A stretch of DNA of 64,000 bases, taken from assembly GCA_965205485.1 (NCBI GenBank), contig OZ242180.1, forward strand, positions 4,832,001-4,896,000, in the 5' to 3' direction. This document shows positions 18,913 to 28,699 of this stretch, one piece after another. Position numbers and translations under genes: made by a program. The notes beneath the pieces were generated by a model. The model was not told the DNA's origin. It searched no databases and saw only the letters and a program-made list of their open reading frames with translations. The stretch comes from Candidatus Latescibacterota bacterium. GTDB lineage: Bacteria > Latescibacterota > UBA2968 > GCA-2709665. Each line of letters begins with the position of its first letter. Position 1 is the stretch's first letter.

Positions 18913-19824
18913 TCATCCATCCGACAACGACGCGCTGTAGACCGGAATCAGCTCGACAGGCCGGAATTTTCGCTTATGCTGGCGCAATCCCTGCAGCCCC
19001 AGGTCACCCGCGTCGTTGACGAGATCGAAATCCGCCAGCACCCGGTAGACCTCCGTTCGCAGATATTCCGACAGCCCCCGGACATCGGGGTCCGCTTTGG
19101 CGATAAAGAAATTGGCCATCCGGGCGTGCATTCGGCCGGCAATCGCAAAGGCCGCAACCCGGCCCTCGAGCTCCACGCACCAGCCCTGGAGCTCCTCGGA
19201 AGTCCATTGCCCGTACATCGACAGCGCCGACCGGGTATATCCCCAGTCGAGTAGAAAGTCCCGCTTGCGCCCCTGCCGCTTCCGCCAGTGCCGCAACAGC
19301 GCCTGGCAGCCTGTGATATCGGCGGGCGTCAGTTCCCGGAAGCGCGGATCCGCCTCTCTTCGGAATCGACTCAGTTTCTTTCGAAGGTCCCGATACGGCC
19401 GGCCCGCTGCCGAAGCGACCTTCGACGGATCGTACAGGTACTCCCGCGACTTGATCCGAACGTCCAGCCTGTCCGGCGGCAGACGCCGGCTGTCGGCCTC
19501 GTCCACCCACAAAATGCGCGGGTACCGGCCCGCATTGATTGCACGCATCCGGTTCAGAACGGCGACGAGCGGTTCTGCAGACAGCGGAATCGGAGGCACG
19601 ACCAGATCGAACCGGACGCGGCCGCTTCTGTCAACGCGGCGCACTGGAAGCCAGAGCGCGCCATCGTGTTCGGCAACGAACACTTCCCTCGCCGGAGCCA
19701 GGCTGAAACAACAGAGAAACGGGGCGTAGTAACACCACGCGCTCTTCCCGGTTGATGCGAATATTTCCTGCAGCCGGCGCGTATGACGGGGGAGAATGGG
19801 CTCTGCTTCGAACGGCAGATTCAT
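18913..19824 (-). CDS. DUF2156 / phosphatidylglycerol lysyltransferase C-terminal (GNAT-fold) domain protein
   Basis: EYLY, KAD...GL, NDAGDLGLQGLRQHK..FRP C-terminal motif; ATG 19824 overlaps the bpsA stop (ATGA). Confidence 0.75.
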   Translation of the reverse strand: MNLPFEAEPILPRHTRRLQEIFASTGKSAWCYYAPFLCCFSLAPAREVFVAEHDGALWLPVRRVDRSGRVRFDLVVPPIPLSAEPLVAVLNRMRAINAGRYPRILWVDEADSRRLPPDRLDVRIKSREYLYDPSKVASAAGRPYRDLRKKLSRFRREADPRFRELTPADITGCQALLRHWRKRQGRKRDFLLDWGYTRSALSMYGQWTSEELQGWCVELEGRVAAFAIAGRMHARMANFFIAKADPDVRGLSEYLRTEVYRVLADFDLVNDAGDLGLQGLRQHKRKFRPVELIPVYSASLSDG

Positions 19825-20870
19825 CCCTTCTTCCGTGACCTGTCGGCCGTATAGAGCGAACCCGCGTAGAAGCCATTGACACGGGGTGTCAACCGGTCCG
19901 TCGCAACCGTTCGAATGAGGTGGCTGACACCAGCCAGCATCTGGGCGCCGGCGTACCGATTGAAATCCGGGACAATCTCGACCGGCGCCAGCCCGGTGTC
20001 CGTGATCGTTCCCACGGCGGTCGCCGTCTCGTCTGGCCTGCGGCTTCCGAAACAGATTACGCCCTGTTTGCCCACCTCCGGCCGAAGCCCGGAGGCGCCG
20101 CGTGAAACGAATAGTGACAGGCCGGGAAGCGTGTACGGCGGATCGGTGAAGAACAGGTCGAAACCGCCGAGGAGGTTGCCGGGCAGGTCCGCCCTCAAGT
20201 CGTGTTCGACGGCCTCGACCGCCTGTCCTGTTTCTCGTGACGCGGCGTTCAGAAAGGCCACCAGGCGCGGGTCGCACTCCAGCACCACCACCCTGCGCAC
20301 TGAAATCCCGAGAAAGTCGGCCAGAAGGCCGATGGCCAGAGAGGTGAGGTCGTCGTCTCCCAGTATCAGGACATCCCGCCCCTCCAGCCCGTCGTGTTCG
20401 TACAGAAATATAGCGCGCCGCAACGCGGTTTCCGCCGTCGCATGGGACTGATCCAACCGCACGTCAACAGCCGGCCGCCGCTGCCCCAATGCCTCCATCC
20501 GGGCGTGCAACGGACGCATCTCGTCGTCCAGCACGGGGAAAACCGGTCTTTGAAACCGGCGGCGACAACGCAGACCCAGTTGTTCTTCGACCGAATCCCG
20601 GCCGGTCGAAGACAGGACCACACCCCCTCGCCGCTCCAGCCAGCCCCTGGTTTCCAACTCCCCCCGGACCGCCGCCACAATCGGAACCGGCAGACCCGTC
20701 TCCCGCGACAGGTCCCGTACCGGCATCGTGCCCGCGCGATAGATCGCCCGCAGGACACGACGGACCCCTTCCGGACCCTCGTCGAGCCGCGCATCGGCCG
20801 CAACATCCGCGAGTACGTTTCCCGATTGCCGGATGTTAATTCTGTTCGGTTTCCGTCTCCGGCGACTCAC
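19821..20870 (-). CDS. bpsA: N4-bis(aminopropyl)spermidine synthase (branched-chain polyamine synthase) family
   Basis: LDQSHAT.ET...RA, LGDDDLTSLA (GDDD motif), FTDPPYT..GL.LF.SRG, FNRY; N-terminal winged-helix-like region. Confidence 0.82.
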   Translation of the reverse strand: MSRRRRKPNRINIRQSGNVLADVAADARLDEGPEGVRRVLRAIYRAGTMPVRDLSRETGLPVPIVAAVRGELETRGWLERRGGVVLSSTGRDSVEEQLGLRCRRRFQRPVFPVLDDEMRPLHARMEALGQRRPAVDVRLDQSHATAETALRRAIFLYEHDGLEGRDVLILGDDDLTSLAIGLLADFLGISVRRVVVLECDPRLVAFLNAASRETGQAVEAVEHDLRADLPGNLLGGFDLFFTDPPYTLPGLSLFVSRGASGLRPEVGKQGVICFGSRRPDETATAVGTITDTGLAPVEIVPDFNRYAGAQMLAGVSHLIRTVATDRLTPRVNGFYAGSLYTADRSRKKG

Positions 20871-22029
20871 CGTCTCCGCTCTCCGATTCCGCGGACGCGT
20901 CGTTATCCGTCTCGTCGACGCTGTCTTCCGTCGCTTCCGCTTCCTCAGGCTGCTCCTCGTCGTCCTCCGCCTCGTCGTCTTCCCATTCCAACAGATTCTC
21001 GTCGTCCTTCCGCTTCCGGAGAATCACGTAAATCAGGCTGAGGCCGGAAGCATAGGCGGACAACACGTATGAACTGAAGATAACCGCGAGCAGGATCAGC
21101 ATAACGGCGAGAATTCCCCCGGCCAGCAGTTCGGAGCCGGAGGGGATGCCGGCGGCCGGCAGAAACGCCGTAATGTCCAGGGACAGCCATTCGGAACGGG
21201 TAAAGTCAAACGGGACATACTGTCCCGCCACATAGACCATGTTGGCCAGCTTCTCTTTCATGAACAGGCCGCAGGCCCAGCTCACCAAGCCGAGCGAGGA
21301 GGCCATGAAGATTCCCAGAAGGACCGATCCGACAGACACTGAGATCTTCATCCAGACCATATACAACACCAGCCGCCAGGGTTGGCTCCAGGCCAACGAA
21401 AAGGACTGGATGGCCACCTCGAGCGCGTCTTCGCCGACCGTACCCACGACCGCGGGCGACATCGTCAGGGACACGATGAACGCGATCGATATGAAGATGG
21501 CAACCAGCGCGGCAAAGAAGATTGGTATGAAAAACACCCCGAATGCCAATTCGCCGGCCCATGGAATCAGACCCGCCAGCCATCCGATCACGATGCCAGC
21601 GACGACAAAAAAGACCAGCAGCGCCAGTGTGGCCACCGGGCCCCAGACAACGCCGCCCCAGTTCTGTCTGATGAATCCCAATGCGTCGCCCGAAGAATAA
21701 AAGTCGTCTCCTTTCAATTGCTGGTACGTAATCTTGCAGATCATGCACGTTGTCAAAAGGACCACTACCCAGACGTAAAGCATGGCAAGCACGTCTATCG
21801 CCGTGCCCGCCAGTGTGACCGGAGATGGCGCCGGACCGGGAAAGGGCCCATACCTGTGCCAGATCTCACCCATCGTGGCACCGGCCAGAAGGTGGTCCGC
21901 GATGGCCAGGATGGAATATCCAGCCCAGGCGATCAGCGTGCCGCACAACCCGACCCATATCTTTTTGCCGGACCATCCGAGCCGAACCACCTGAAAGATG
22001 TCCCGTATATCAAAATGCAGCTTGGACAT
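20836..22029 (-). CDS. Hypothetical multi-pass membrane protein with acidic C-terminal tail
   Basis: Several hydrophobic segments; AGGAGG RBS; E/D-rich tail. Confidence 0.75.
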   Translation of the reverse strand: MSKLHFDIRDIFQVVRLGWSGKKIWVGLCGTLIAWAGYSILAIADHLLAGATMGEIWHRYGPFPGPAPSPVTLAGTAIDVLAMLYVWVVVLLTTCMICKITYQQLKGDDFYSSGDALGFIRQNWGGVVWGPVATLALLVFFVVAGIVIGWLAGLIPWAGELAFGVFFIPIFFAALVAIFISIAFIVSLTMSPAVVGTVGEDALEVAIQSFSLAWSQPWRLVLYMVWMKISVSVGSVLLGIFMASSLGLVSWACGLFMKEKLANMVYVAGQYVPFDFTRSEWLSLDITAFLPAAGIPSGSELLAGGILAVMLILLAVIFSSYVLSAYASGLSLIYVILRKRKDDENLLEWEDDEAEDDEEQPEEAEATEDSVDETDNDASAESESGDGESPETETEQN

Positions 22030-22059
22030 TACACGCCCTCCTTACCGTTCGAGGCCAAT

Positions 22060-22084
22060 AAAAAGAGGGCATAACGCCGCCCTC
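22060..22084 (-). terminator. Terminator-like hairpin in leader of membrane-protein gene
   Basis: GAGGGC-N8-GCCCTC-TTTTT on minus strand about 30 nt upstream of ATG 22029. Confidence 0.45.
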
Positions 22085-22347
22085 GAAGCATGCCGAATGT
22101 GCCAAAGTCACTTAAATTCATAACCTTACACGCGCAATAGCGGGCCCATAAACCGCGCCGATATGATGCAAAAATGCAGGACCAAAGTCAAGGGAAATAA
22201 AAAAGGACCCAATGGTGAAACAAAGGACTCTTCCACTGGATCCCGTGTGGGCCGCTGCCGCGTAAACCGCTGCCTGATCATCCGGTTTTCGCTCTCATGA
22301 ACCGGGTTGGCGGCCCGTGAACCCGCTGCGGCGTGCAGGCGGACAAA

Positions 22348-22533
22348 GAAGCTGTCTTAAAATTCCCAGCGGTCTTCGCGCGGCTGCAAAAGCGCCGGTC
22401 GGCGTTGGTCAAACCCGCCCGTCGTACGAGATCGAGGCTGCGCTTGCTCGCCTCTCATAGCCGGATTTTCCTGCCTTGACCGCCACTTTTTCGCTCGCGC
22501 TCGGGAACTCACCGGTAAATTTAAAACAGCTTC
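22348..22533 (-). mobile_element. MITE copy 4, 186 bp, with inverted central module
   Basis: Same TIRs and arms as copies 1-3; its terminal base completes the TAG stop of the adjacent gene. Confidence 0.85.
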
Positions 22534-23108
22534 TAACGTTCGTCGGATGCTTCGGGAATCGTCAGACGGATTTGATGAAGAAACAGCTGGAGTGGCACGT
22601 TGAAAGGCCGGGTGGGCCGGTTCAGTGCCGGCTTGAAGAGCGCACCGGCAGGCAGAGGCGTGGTACCCTGCTGCAGCCTGACCTGTGCGTGGCCATCCTG
22701 CGCTTCGAGTATGCGGTAGCAGCCCTGTCCGAGCCCCAGCGGCCACGGTGATCCATGACGGTCCGGGCCAGTAAGGAACAGGACGACCTCTTCATCGACG
22801 CCGAACTCGGGAATACCGGGGATATGCAGCCTCCGGCCGTCGGCGGTTCCCCCGGGCAGCGTGAGGACGACCTCGTCGCCCGGATCGCCCTTTACCGGCG
22901 AGATTACCCTGAACCGGTGCCGCGTGACGATTTCCCGTCGTCCGTCATCCATATAACTGCTTCGAGACACACACCGGACGTGTGCGATCGTCTCCGCCCT
23001 TTCACAGAGCGAATCGAACACGAACCGTTCTACGGTTGTCGCCTCAGTCCGCGGTACCAGGGCGGTTAGAAGGGTAACCGCAATAACGAATCGAATCGGA
23101 CCTGACAT
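22533..23108 (-). CDS. Hypothetical exported protein
   Basis: Signal peptide MSGPIRFVIAVTLLTALVPRTEA; LPGG...G.P.F..EE.VLFL, GLGQG pattern. Confidence 0.7.
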   Translation of the reverse strand: MSGPIRFVIAVTLLTALVPRTEATTVERFVFDSLCERAETIAHVRCVSRSSYMDDGRREIVTRHRFRVISPVKGDPGDEVVLTLPGGTADGRRLHIPGIPEFGVDEEVVLFLTGPDRHGSPWPLGLGQGCYRILEAQDGHAQVRLQQGTTPLPAGALFKPALNRPTRPFNVPLQLFLHQIRLTIPEASDER

Positions 23109-23222
23109 CGGAAACCCTTTGGGAAACATGGTTGAATCGGGTATGGCGGGGGTTCTCTCTATCTGGAAACGCCCCTGCCCGGTCAAGGTTCCGGACGCGT
23201 CGTCCGGCGCCGGGACGGAACC

Positions 23223-24575
23223 CTACGCGGCGCCGTTTTCGGCCAGAACGTTACGACCCGGCTCCGCGCCCCGTTCAAACACCCCTCGAGCGACGAGCAG
23301 CGCACTTTCCCTGTCCCTGACGCTGCCGTCGAGCTGGCCGTCTTCCACCGCCCTCAGGACGGCCGTGAACGCCGGCCCCGGCGTATACCCGAGCTCGATA
23401 AGGTCCCTGCCGGTAATCAACGGTTCCGGGCGTATCTCCTCGGGCTCCAGTGTTTCCAGAGCCTGGCGGCAGAAATGGTAATTTTCAAGATTCCGGTGGC
23501 TGGACAGACAATCCAACCTGTGCAGTTCCAGGTGTTCGTCGAATCGATCCAGGCGCAGGAACCGCTTCAACCTGCTCGCGCGCATCTGCCGAACGTGCAT
23601 GAATCGGTGATGGTCCGCCACCAGCCGTAGGATGTGACGGGTCGCCTCGCCGGAAAACCGCAGCCTGCGGCAGATCTCGTCCGTTATCCGTGCCCCCACG
23701 GCGACGTGATTGTCGAACCGGATTCGGTCGGCCGGCCTGAACGTCCTCGGTTTCCCCACGTCGTGCAACAGCACGGCCACGGCCAGCTCCGGCGTCGGGT
23801 TGCGCATCAGCCCCAGCATGATCAACGTGTGGGTCAACACGTCGCCTTCGGGATGATACTCAGGCGGCTGCGCCACGCCATCGAGTTCCAGTACCTCCGG
23901 CGCCACCTGATTCATCAGCCCCGAATCAATGAGCCATCGTACCCCGAGCGGCGCGCCTCCTTCAGTCAGAATTCTTACGAATTCGTCCCGGATCCGCTCG
24001 CCGCTGACCTCCGCGAGATTTTCGCTCGAACGCCTTATCGCGTCAAACGTGGTTGCATCGATCCGCCAGTGCAAACGGCAGCCGAGCCGGACCGCTCTCA
24101 TCATCCGCAGACGATCTTCCGCAAACCGGTCCCCGGCGGGACCGATGGTCCGGATCGTCTTCCGCTTGAGGTCCTCCTGTCCTCCCACGTAGTCCAGCAA
24201 ACGGTCCGCCAGGGGGTCCCAGAACATCCCGTTCACCGTGAAGTCCCGACGCCGGGCATCCTCGGTCTCGCCGGCGAATTCGACCGCGTCCGGACGCCGG
24301 CCGTCGCTGTAACCCAGGTCACGCCGAAAACGGGCAACCTCGAAGGAATGCCCAGACAGGCGCACTTCAACCACGCCAAAGTGCGCGCCGACCGGCCGGG
24401 CGTTCTGAAAAATGCCGGTCACCTGCTGGGGATCGGCATCGGTGGCGATGTCGTAGTCCCGCGGCTCCAGCCCCAGTTGGAGATCACGCACGCATCCTCC
24501 GGCAAGCAACGCCCGGAATCCTCGCGCATCGAGCCGACGTACCACCTCAATCGCCGTATCGAGAGCAGAAGCCAT
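23223..24575 (-). CDS. cca: CCA tRNA nucleotidyltransferase with HD domain
   Basis: GGCVRD, DYDIAT, RRDFTVN, EDRLR, ERI.DE, LLHDVGK. Confidence 0.9.
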   Translation of the reverse strand: MASALDTAIEVVRRLDARGFRALLAGGCVRDLQLGLEPRDYDIATDADPQQVTGIFQNARPVGAHFGVVEVRLSGHSFEVARFRRDLGYSDGRRPDAVEFAGETEDARRRDFTVNGMFWDPLADRLLDYVGGQEDLKRKTIRTIGPAGDRFAEDRLRMMRAVRLGCRLHWRIDATTFDAIRRSSENLAEVSGERIRDEFVRILTEGGAPLGVRWLIDSGLMNQVAPEVLELDGVAQPPEYHPEGDVLTHTLIMLGLMRNPTPELAVAVLLHDVGKPRTFRPADRIRFDNHVAVGARITDEICRRLRFSGEATRHILRLVADHHRFMHVRQMRASRLKRFLRLDRFDEHLELHRLDCLSSHRNLENYHFCRQALETLEPEEIRPEPLITGRDLIELGYTPGPAFTAVLRAVEDGQLDGSVRDRESALLVARGVFERGAEPGRNVLAENGAA

Positions 24576-24580
24576 TGCGT

Positions 24581-25873
24581 TCAGCCCAGACGAACGGGTA
24601 CCCGTTCGATCCGGGCGCCCAGCGTGCGAAGTCGTTCGTCGATGCGATCATAACCGCGATCGATCTGTTCGATGTTCCGGATCTCGCTCCGGCCTTCCGC
24701 GCACAGGCTGGCGATCAACAGCGCCATCCCCGCCCTGATGTCGGGGCTTGTAATCCGCTCCCCGTACAGCTTCGACGGACCCACGACAACGGCCCTGTGC
24801 GGGTCGCAGATGATGATTTCGGCCCCCATTTCGATCAATCGGTCCAGCCAGAAAAGCCGGCTCTCGTACATTTTCTCGAAGAACAGGACGGTTCCCCGCG
24901 CCTGTGTGGCCACAACAATCGCAATGCTCATCAGGTCCGCGGGAAACCCCGGCCACGGATCGTCGAAGATCTTCGGAATCGCGTCTCCGGCGTCCCGGAC
25001 GATCTCCAGCTTCTGATCGTCGGGAACCAGAATGTCATCTCCGTCGACCGTCACCTCCACACCAAGCCGTTCAAAAACCATCAGACTCCTTCGCATATGA
25101 TGCGGCGCCGCGTCTCTGATCCGCATCTCGCCATGGGTAACCGCCGCGAGACCGATGAAGCTTCCCACCTCCATATAGTCAGGACCGATCGCGTGTTCGC
25201 CGCCGTGAAGCGCATTTACGCCTTCCACGGTCAGCTCATTCGTGCCTGCGCCCGAAATCCGCGCGCCCATGGCATTGAGCAGCCGGCACAACTCCTGCAC
25301 GTGCGGTTCAGAGGCCGCATTGCGGATGATGGTTGTGCCTTCCGCCAGGGTGGATGCCATGATGACGTTCTCCGTTCCGGTCACGCTCCGCTCATCCAGG
25401 AAGATGTCCGCGCCGGTCAATCCGTCCGGCGCCCACATTTCATAGCCGTGGCCGGTCTCGATGCGCGCACCCAATGCCTCCAGAGCACGAAGGTGGGTGT
25501 CGAGGCGCCGGCGGCCGATTCTGTCACCGCCCGGCCTGGGCATCGTGGCGCGGCCATGGCGCGCCAGAAGCGGACCCGCGAGCAGGATGCTGCCGCGTAC
25601 CCTCTTGCAGAAATCAGGATTCAGGGCGGTCTTGCTCAGGGACGCCGCGCAGGCGGTCAGTTCATCCCGTCCGGGATGCTGGACCGAAACACCCAGGTCG
25701 CGAAGGATCGCAATCTGGGTGAGCACGTCTCCTATCGGCGGGGCATTTTTCAACACCACCGTTTCGTCCGTCATGAGGGTGGCGGCGAGGAGTGTAAGCG
25801 CCGCGTTCTTGTTACCGAGCGGCTTGATGGTACCGGAGAGCGGATACCCGCCTTCGATCACGAACTGTTCCAT
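24581..25873 (-). CDS. murA: UDP-N-acetylglucosamine 1-carboxyvinyltransferase
   Basis: [42 protein letters not shown]. Confidence 0.96.
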   Translation of the reverse strand: MEQFVIEGGYPLSGTIKPLGNKNAALTLLAATLMTDETVVLKNAPPIGDVLTQIAILRDLGVSVQHPGRDELTACAASLSKTALNPDFCKRVRGSILLAGPLLARHGRATMPRPGGDRIGRRRLDTHLRALEALGARIETGHGYEMWAPDGLTGADIFLDERSVTGTENVIMASTLAEGTTIIRNAASEPHVQELCRLLNAMGARISGAGTNELTVEGVNALHGGEHAIGPDYMEVGSFIGLAAVTHGEMRIRDAAPHHMRRSLMVFERLGVEVTVDGDDILVPDDQKLEIVRDAGDAIPKIFDDPWPGFPADLMSIAIVVATQARGTVLFFEKMYESRLFWLDRLIEMGAEIIICDPHRAVVVGPSKLYGERITSPDIRAGMALLIASLCAEGRSEIRNIEQIDRGYDRIDERLRTLGARIERVPVRLG

Positions 25874-25940
25874 AGAGACCCACGTCCCGATGCGCCTCGG
25901 TCCGGTGAAACCAGATTCTGCGTCTTTCGCGGTAAGTTAC

Positions 25941-25969
25941 AATATATCATATCTTTATATAACAATCAA
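25941..25969 (-). promoter_or_regulatory. Sigma-70 promoter for murA-cca
   Basis: TTGATT-N17-TATATT on minus strand. Confidence 0.55.
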
Positions 25970-26029
25970 GGGAATTTTCCGCCGCGTCGCCCCGGCCATG
26001 CGCAGCCGGAGATGCAGGTCGCCGGCCAT

Positions 26030-27112
26030 TCAGCCGCCGGAAGCGGTTTCGGCCGCATCGGGTCTGATATACAGCTGCCCGCATCCCGCCGCGATATCCA
26101 CGCCCCGGCTGTAACGCACCGTCGTTGTCAACCGCGCATTCCTGAGGATGCGCACAAACCGGTCTACGGCTTCCCGGGGCGGCCGTACAAATGCCGTGTC
26201 CTCGACCGGATTCCAGGGAATGACGTTGACCTTGCACGGTATGTCGCGCACCAGCGCGGCCAGACGCCCGGCGTCCTCCACCGAGTCGTTTACCCCGTGC
26301 AGCAGCACGTATTCGAACGTCACCCGCCTGTCGATGCGCTTCCGGTACGCCCTGACGGCCGCAAGAAGCTCGGCAATCGGCCACCGCCGGTTGATCGACA
26401 TGATTCGCGATCTCAGCGCATCGTCAGCCGCATTGAGCGAAACCGCCAGGCCGACTTTCAACCCCTCTCGCGCCAGCCTCAAGATACCGGGCACATAGCC
26501 GACCGTCGACAGGGTTATCCTGCGTATCCCTATTGCCAGCCCGTAATCCAGGTTCATCAGCCGGATTGCGCGAACGACGTTCGCGTAATTCAACAGCGGC
26601 TCTCCCATGCCCATCAGAACCACATTGGTCAGATCGTCTCCGCGTGCTCTCAGTTCGCGCCGGACATAGACCAGCTGGTCGAGGATTTCACCTGCGGACA
26701 GATTTCGGATCAGCCCCATCCGACCCGTGGCGCAGAACGTACAATCCAGCGGGCATCCCACCTGTGACGAAACGCACAGCGTCCGCCGCCTGCCGTCGCG
26801 CATCAGAACGCTTTCGACCCGCCTGCCGTCCGGCAGTTCGAACAGATACTTCACGGTTTCGCCGTCTTCCGCGCCAATTCGTGCCGCAACTTCAAGATTC
26901 AAAATCGACGCGCGCTGGGATAGCTTCTCGCGGACCCCCCTGGCGAGGTCGGTCATCCCGGCGAAGTCGGTTGAACCGCGATTGTAGATCCATGCGGCGA
27001 TCTGTCTGGCGCGATAGGGCTCCAACCCGAGGGAAGTTACGAACTCCTCGAGCTCACCGGGATAGAATCCCTTCAGCTCGACACGGTCGCCGGACTGCGA
27101 TACGTCAGCCAT
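26030..27112 (-). CDS. rlmN: 23S rRNA (A2503-C2) / tRNA methyltransferase
   Basis: CVSSQVGCPLDCTFC, MGMGEPL, TFEY, DIAAGCGQL. Confidence 0.96.
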   Translation of the reverse strand: MADVSQSGDRVELKGFYPGELEEFVTSLGLEPYRARQIAAWIYNRGSTDFAGMTDLARGVREKLSQRASILNLEVAARIGAEDGETVKYLFELPDGRRVESVLMRDGRRRTLCVSSQVGCPLDCTFCATGRMGLIRNLSAGEILDQLVYVRRELRARGDDLTNVVLMGMGEPLLNYANVVRAIRLMNLDYGLAIGIRRITLSTVGYVPGILRLAREGLKVGLAVSLNAADDALRSRIMSINRRWPIAELLAAVRAYRKRIDRRVTFEYVLLHGVNDSVEDAGRLAALVRDIPCKVNVIPWNPVEDTAFVRPPREAVDRFVRILRNARLTTTVRYSRGVDIAAGCGQLYIRPDAAETASGG

Positions 27113-27186
27113 TTGCGCATCTCCACGTTTTGACTACAGGCATGAGTTTATGGGTGCGGCGTTCAGGACGCAAGAGAAAATACAGG

Positions 27187-27215
27187 TTGACAGAAATTAC
27201 GTTTTGACCTATTTT
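27187..27215 (+). promoter_or_regulatory. Sigma-70 promoter for M23 peptidase
   Basis: TTGACA-N17-TATTTT. Confidence 0.55.
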
Positions 27216-27317
27216 GAGAAGCCGTTCTTCACTAAGAACAGTAAGTTATCCCGCGTTGTTGTCGTGGGGTCATCTCAATTCCCCGTACCCCTGACGGCAT
27301 TCCAGGCAATAGACTGT

Positions 27318-28679
27318 ATGCGTAACTTGAAAAGCGATCGCACGGGCCGGCCTGCACGATCCGGTCGCCGGTTCAGGCTGCCGGAGTTTGCTTTCATTAT
27401 CCTGCCGGCAGCAGTATTGGCCTGGCTCCCGACCATCTGGCTGCCCGGGACTCAAACCGCGCAGAAATCCGAAGTCGCCCGGGAGGTTTCCCCGGTTCCG
27501 GATCCGCTTCCGGCCACACCCGAGCAGTGGTTCGCTGAAATCGACGGCCGCATCCGACACAGAGAGACGTTCTGGGACGCATTGAATCGGGAAGCGGTTG
27601 CGCGGTCTCAGATCCACGAATTACTGAATGCATTAAAGGAGGGGATCCCGCGGTCGGAATTCAATCCCCGCATCGTCCGAAGCGGTGACCATTACGCCTT
27701 GGGCATAGACAGCCTGGGAACCATTCAGTCCTTTGAATTTATCAGGAAAAATGCCCTCGAGACGCGGTTTGTGGTAACGCGGACGAACGGCGGACTGGTC
27801 GCGCGTAAAGAGCAGATACCCCTGAACCGCAGGATTGAGATTGTGACAGGTGAAATCCGCAGTTCTCTCTGGAACGCCCTTTCTGAAACCGGCGAGAATC
27901 AGCACGTACTGAACGTCAAAATGGCCCGCATTTTTGAATACGACATTGATTTTATGGTCGATTGCCGCGTCGGCGACCGGTTTGCACTGGCACTCGAAAA
28001 GTTCTACAAAGACGGCCGGTTCCTGCGATACGGAGAAATCCTTTCCGCCGAATACCAGTCTGCCCGGAAGAAACATCAGGCCTTTTTGTTCGAGTCCGCG
28101 GACGGCCATACGTCCCATTACGATTCGAACGGAAGGTCCCTGCGCGGCCTGTTTCTCAAATCTCCTCTCAATTACCGTCGAATCAGTTCCGGTTATTCCA
28201 ACCGACGTTTCCACCCCATCCTGAAGAAGTACCTCCCTCACCACGGCATCGACTATGCCGCGGCGTACGGCACGCGCGTCTGGGCGACCGCCCCGGGCGT
28301 CGTCGTCTTCAGGGGTTGGAGAGGCGCTCTCGGCAACTACGTCGAAATCCGGCATCGAAACGGCTACAAGACGGGTTATGGCCACCTGAGCAGGTTCCCG
28401 CGCGGGTTGAAGGTGGGCACAAACGTCAAACAGAAGCAAACCGTCGGTTTCGTCGGATCGACCGGCCGCTCCACAGGGCCGCACCTCCATTACAACTTCT
28501 TCGTCAGAAACGGCAAGCGCTATCGCCTCGTCAACCCGGCCGGATTCGCGAATCGCTCCAGGGCCAGACAGCTTACCCCGGATCAGCTGGCGGACTTCCG
28601 CCAGCAACGCGACCGGTTGCTGGCGCTGTTCGACGATCCGGCGACGTTGCTCGCGACCAACCTGCAGGCCCCGCCCTGA
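27318..28679 (+). CDS. M23 family peptidoglycan DD-endopeptidase (MepM-like)
   Basis: N-terminal TM; RFHPIL, HHGIDY, YGHLS, STGPHLHY. Confidence 0.93.
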   Translation: MRNLKSDRTGRPARSGRRFRLPEFAFIILPAAVLAWLPTIWLPGTQTAQKSEVAREVSPVPDPLPATPEQWFAEIDGRIRHRETFWDALNREAVARSQIHELLNALKEGIPRSEFNPRIVRSGDHYALGIDSLGTIQSFEFIRKNALETRFVVTRTNGGLVARKEQIPLNRRIEIVTGEIRSSLWNALSETGENQHVLNVKMARIFEYDIDFMVDCRVGDRFALALEKFYKDGRFLRYGEILSAEYQSARKKHQAFLFESADGHTSHYDSNGRSLRGLFLKSPLNYRRISSGYSNRRFHPILKKYLPHHGIDYAAAYGTRVWATAPGVVVFRGWRGALGNYVEIRHRNGYKTGYGHLSRFPRGLKVGTNVKQKQTVGFVGSTGRSTGPHLHYNFFVRNGKRYRLVNPAGFANRSRARQLTPDQLADFRQQRDRLLALFDDPATLLATNLQAPP

Positions 28680-28699
28680 GAAGCTGCCTTAAAACAGCC
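28680..28699. repeat. Collapsed MITE end remnant
   Basis: GAAGCTGCCTTAAAACAGCC resembles the two TIR ends fused, directly after a TGA stop. Confidence 0.45.

Noticed and set aside
24575..26767. 730-aa plus-strand ORF, and similar long ORFs at 45956-47608, 49872-52394, 57858-59366 and 60438-62240
   Set aside because: They lie antisense to well-supported genes; long shadow frames are expected at high GC
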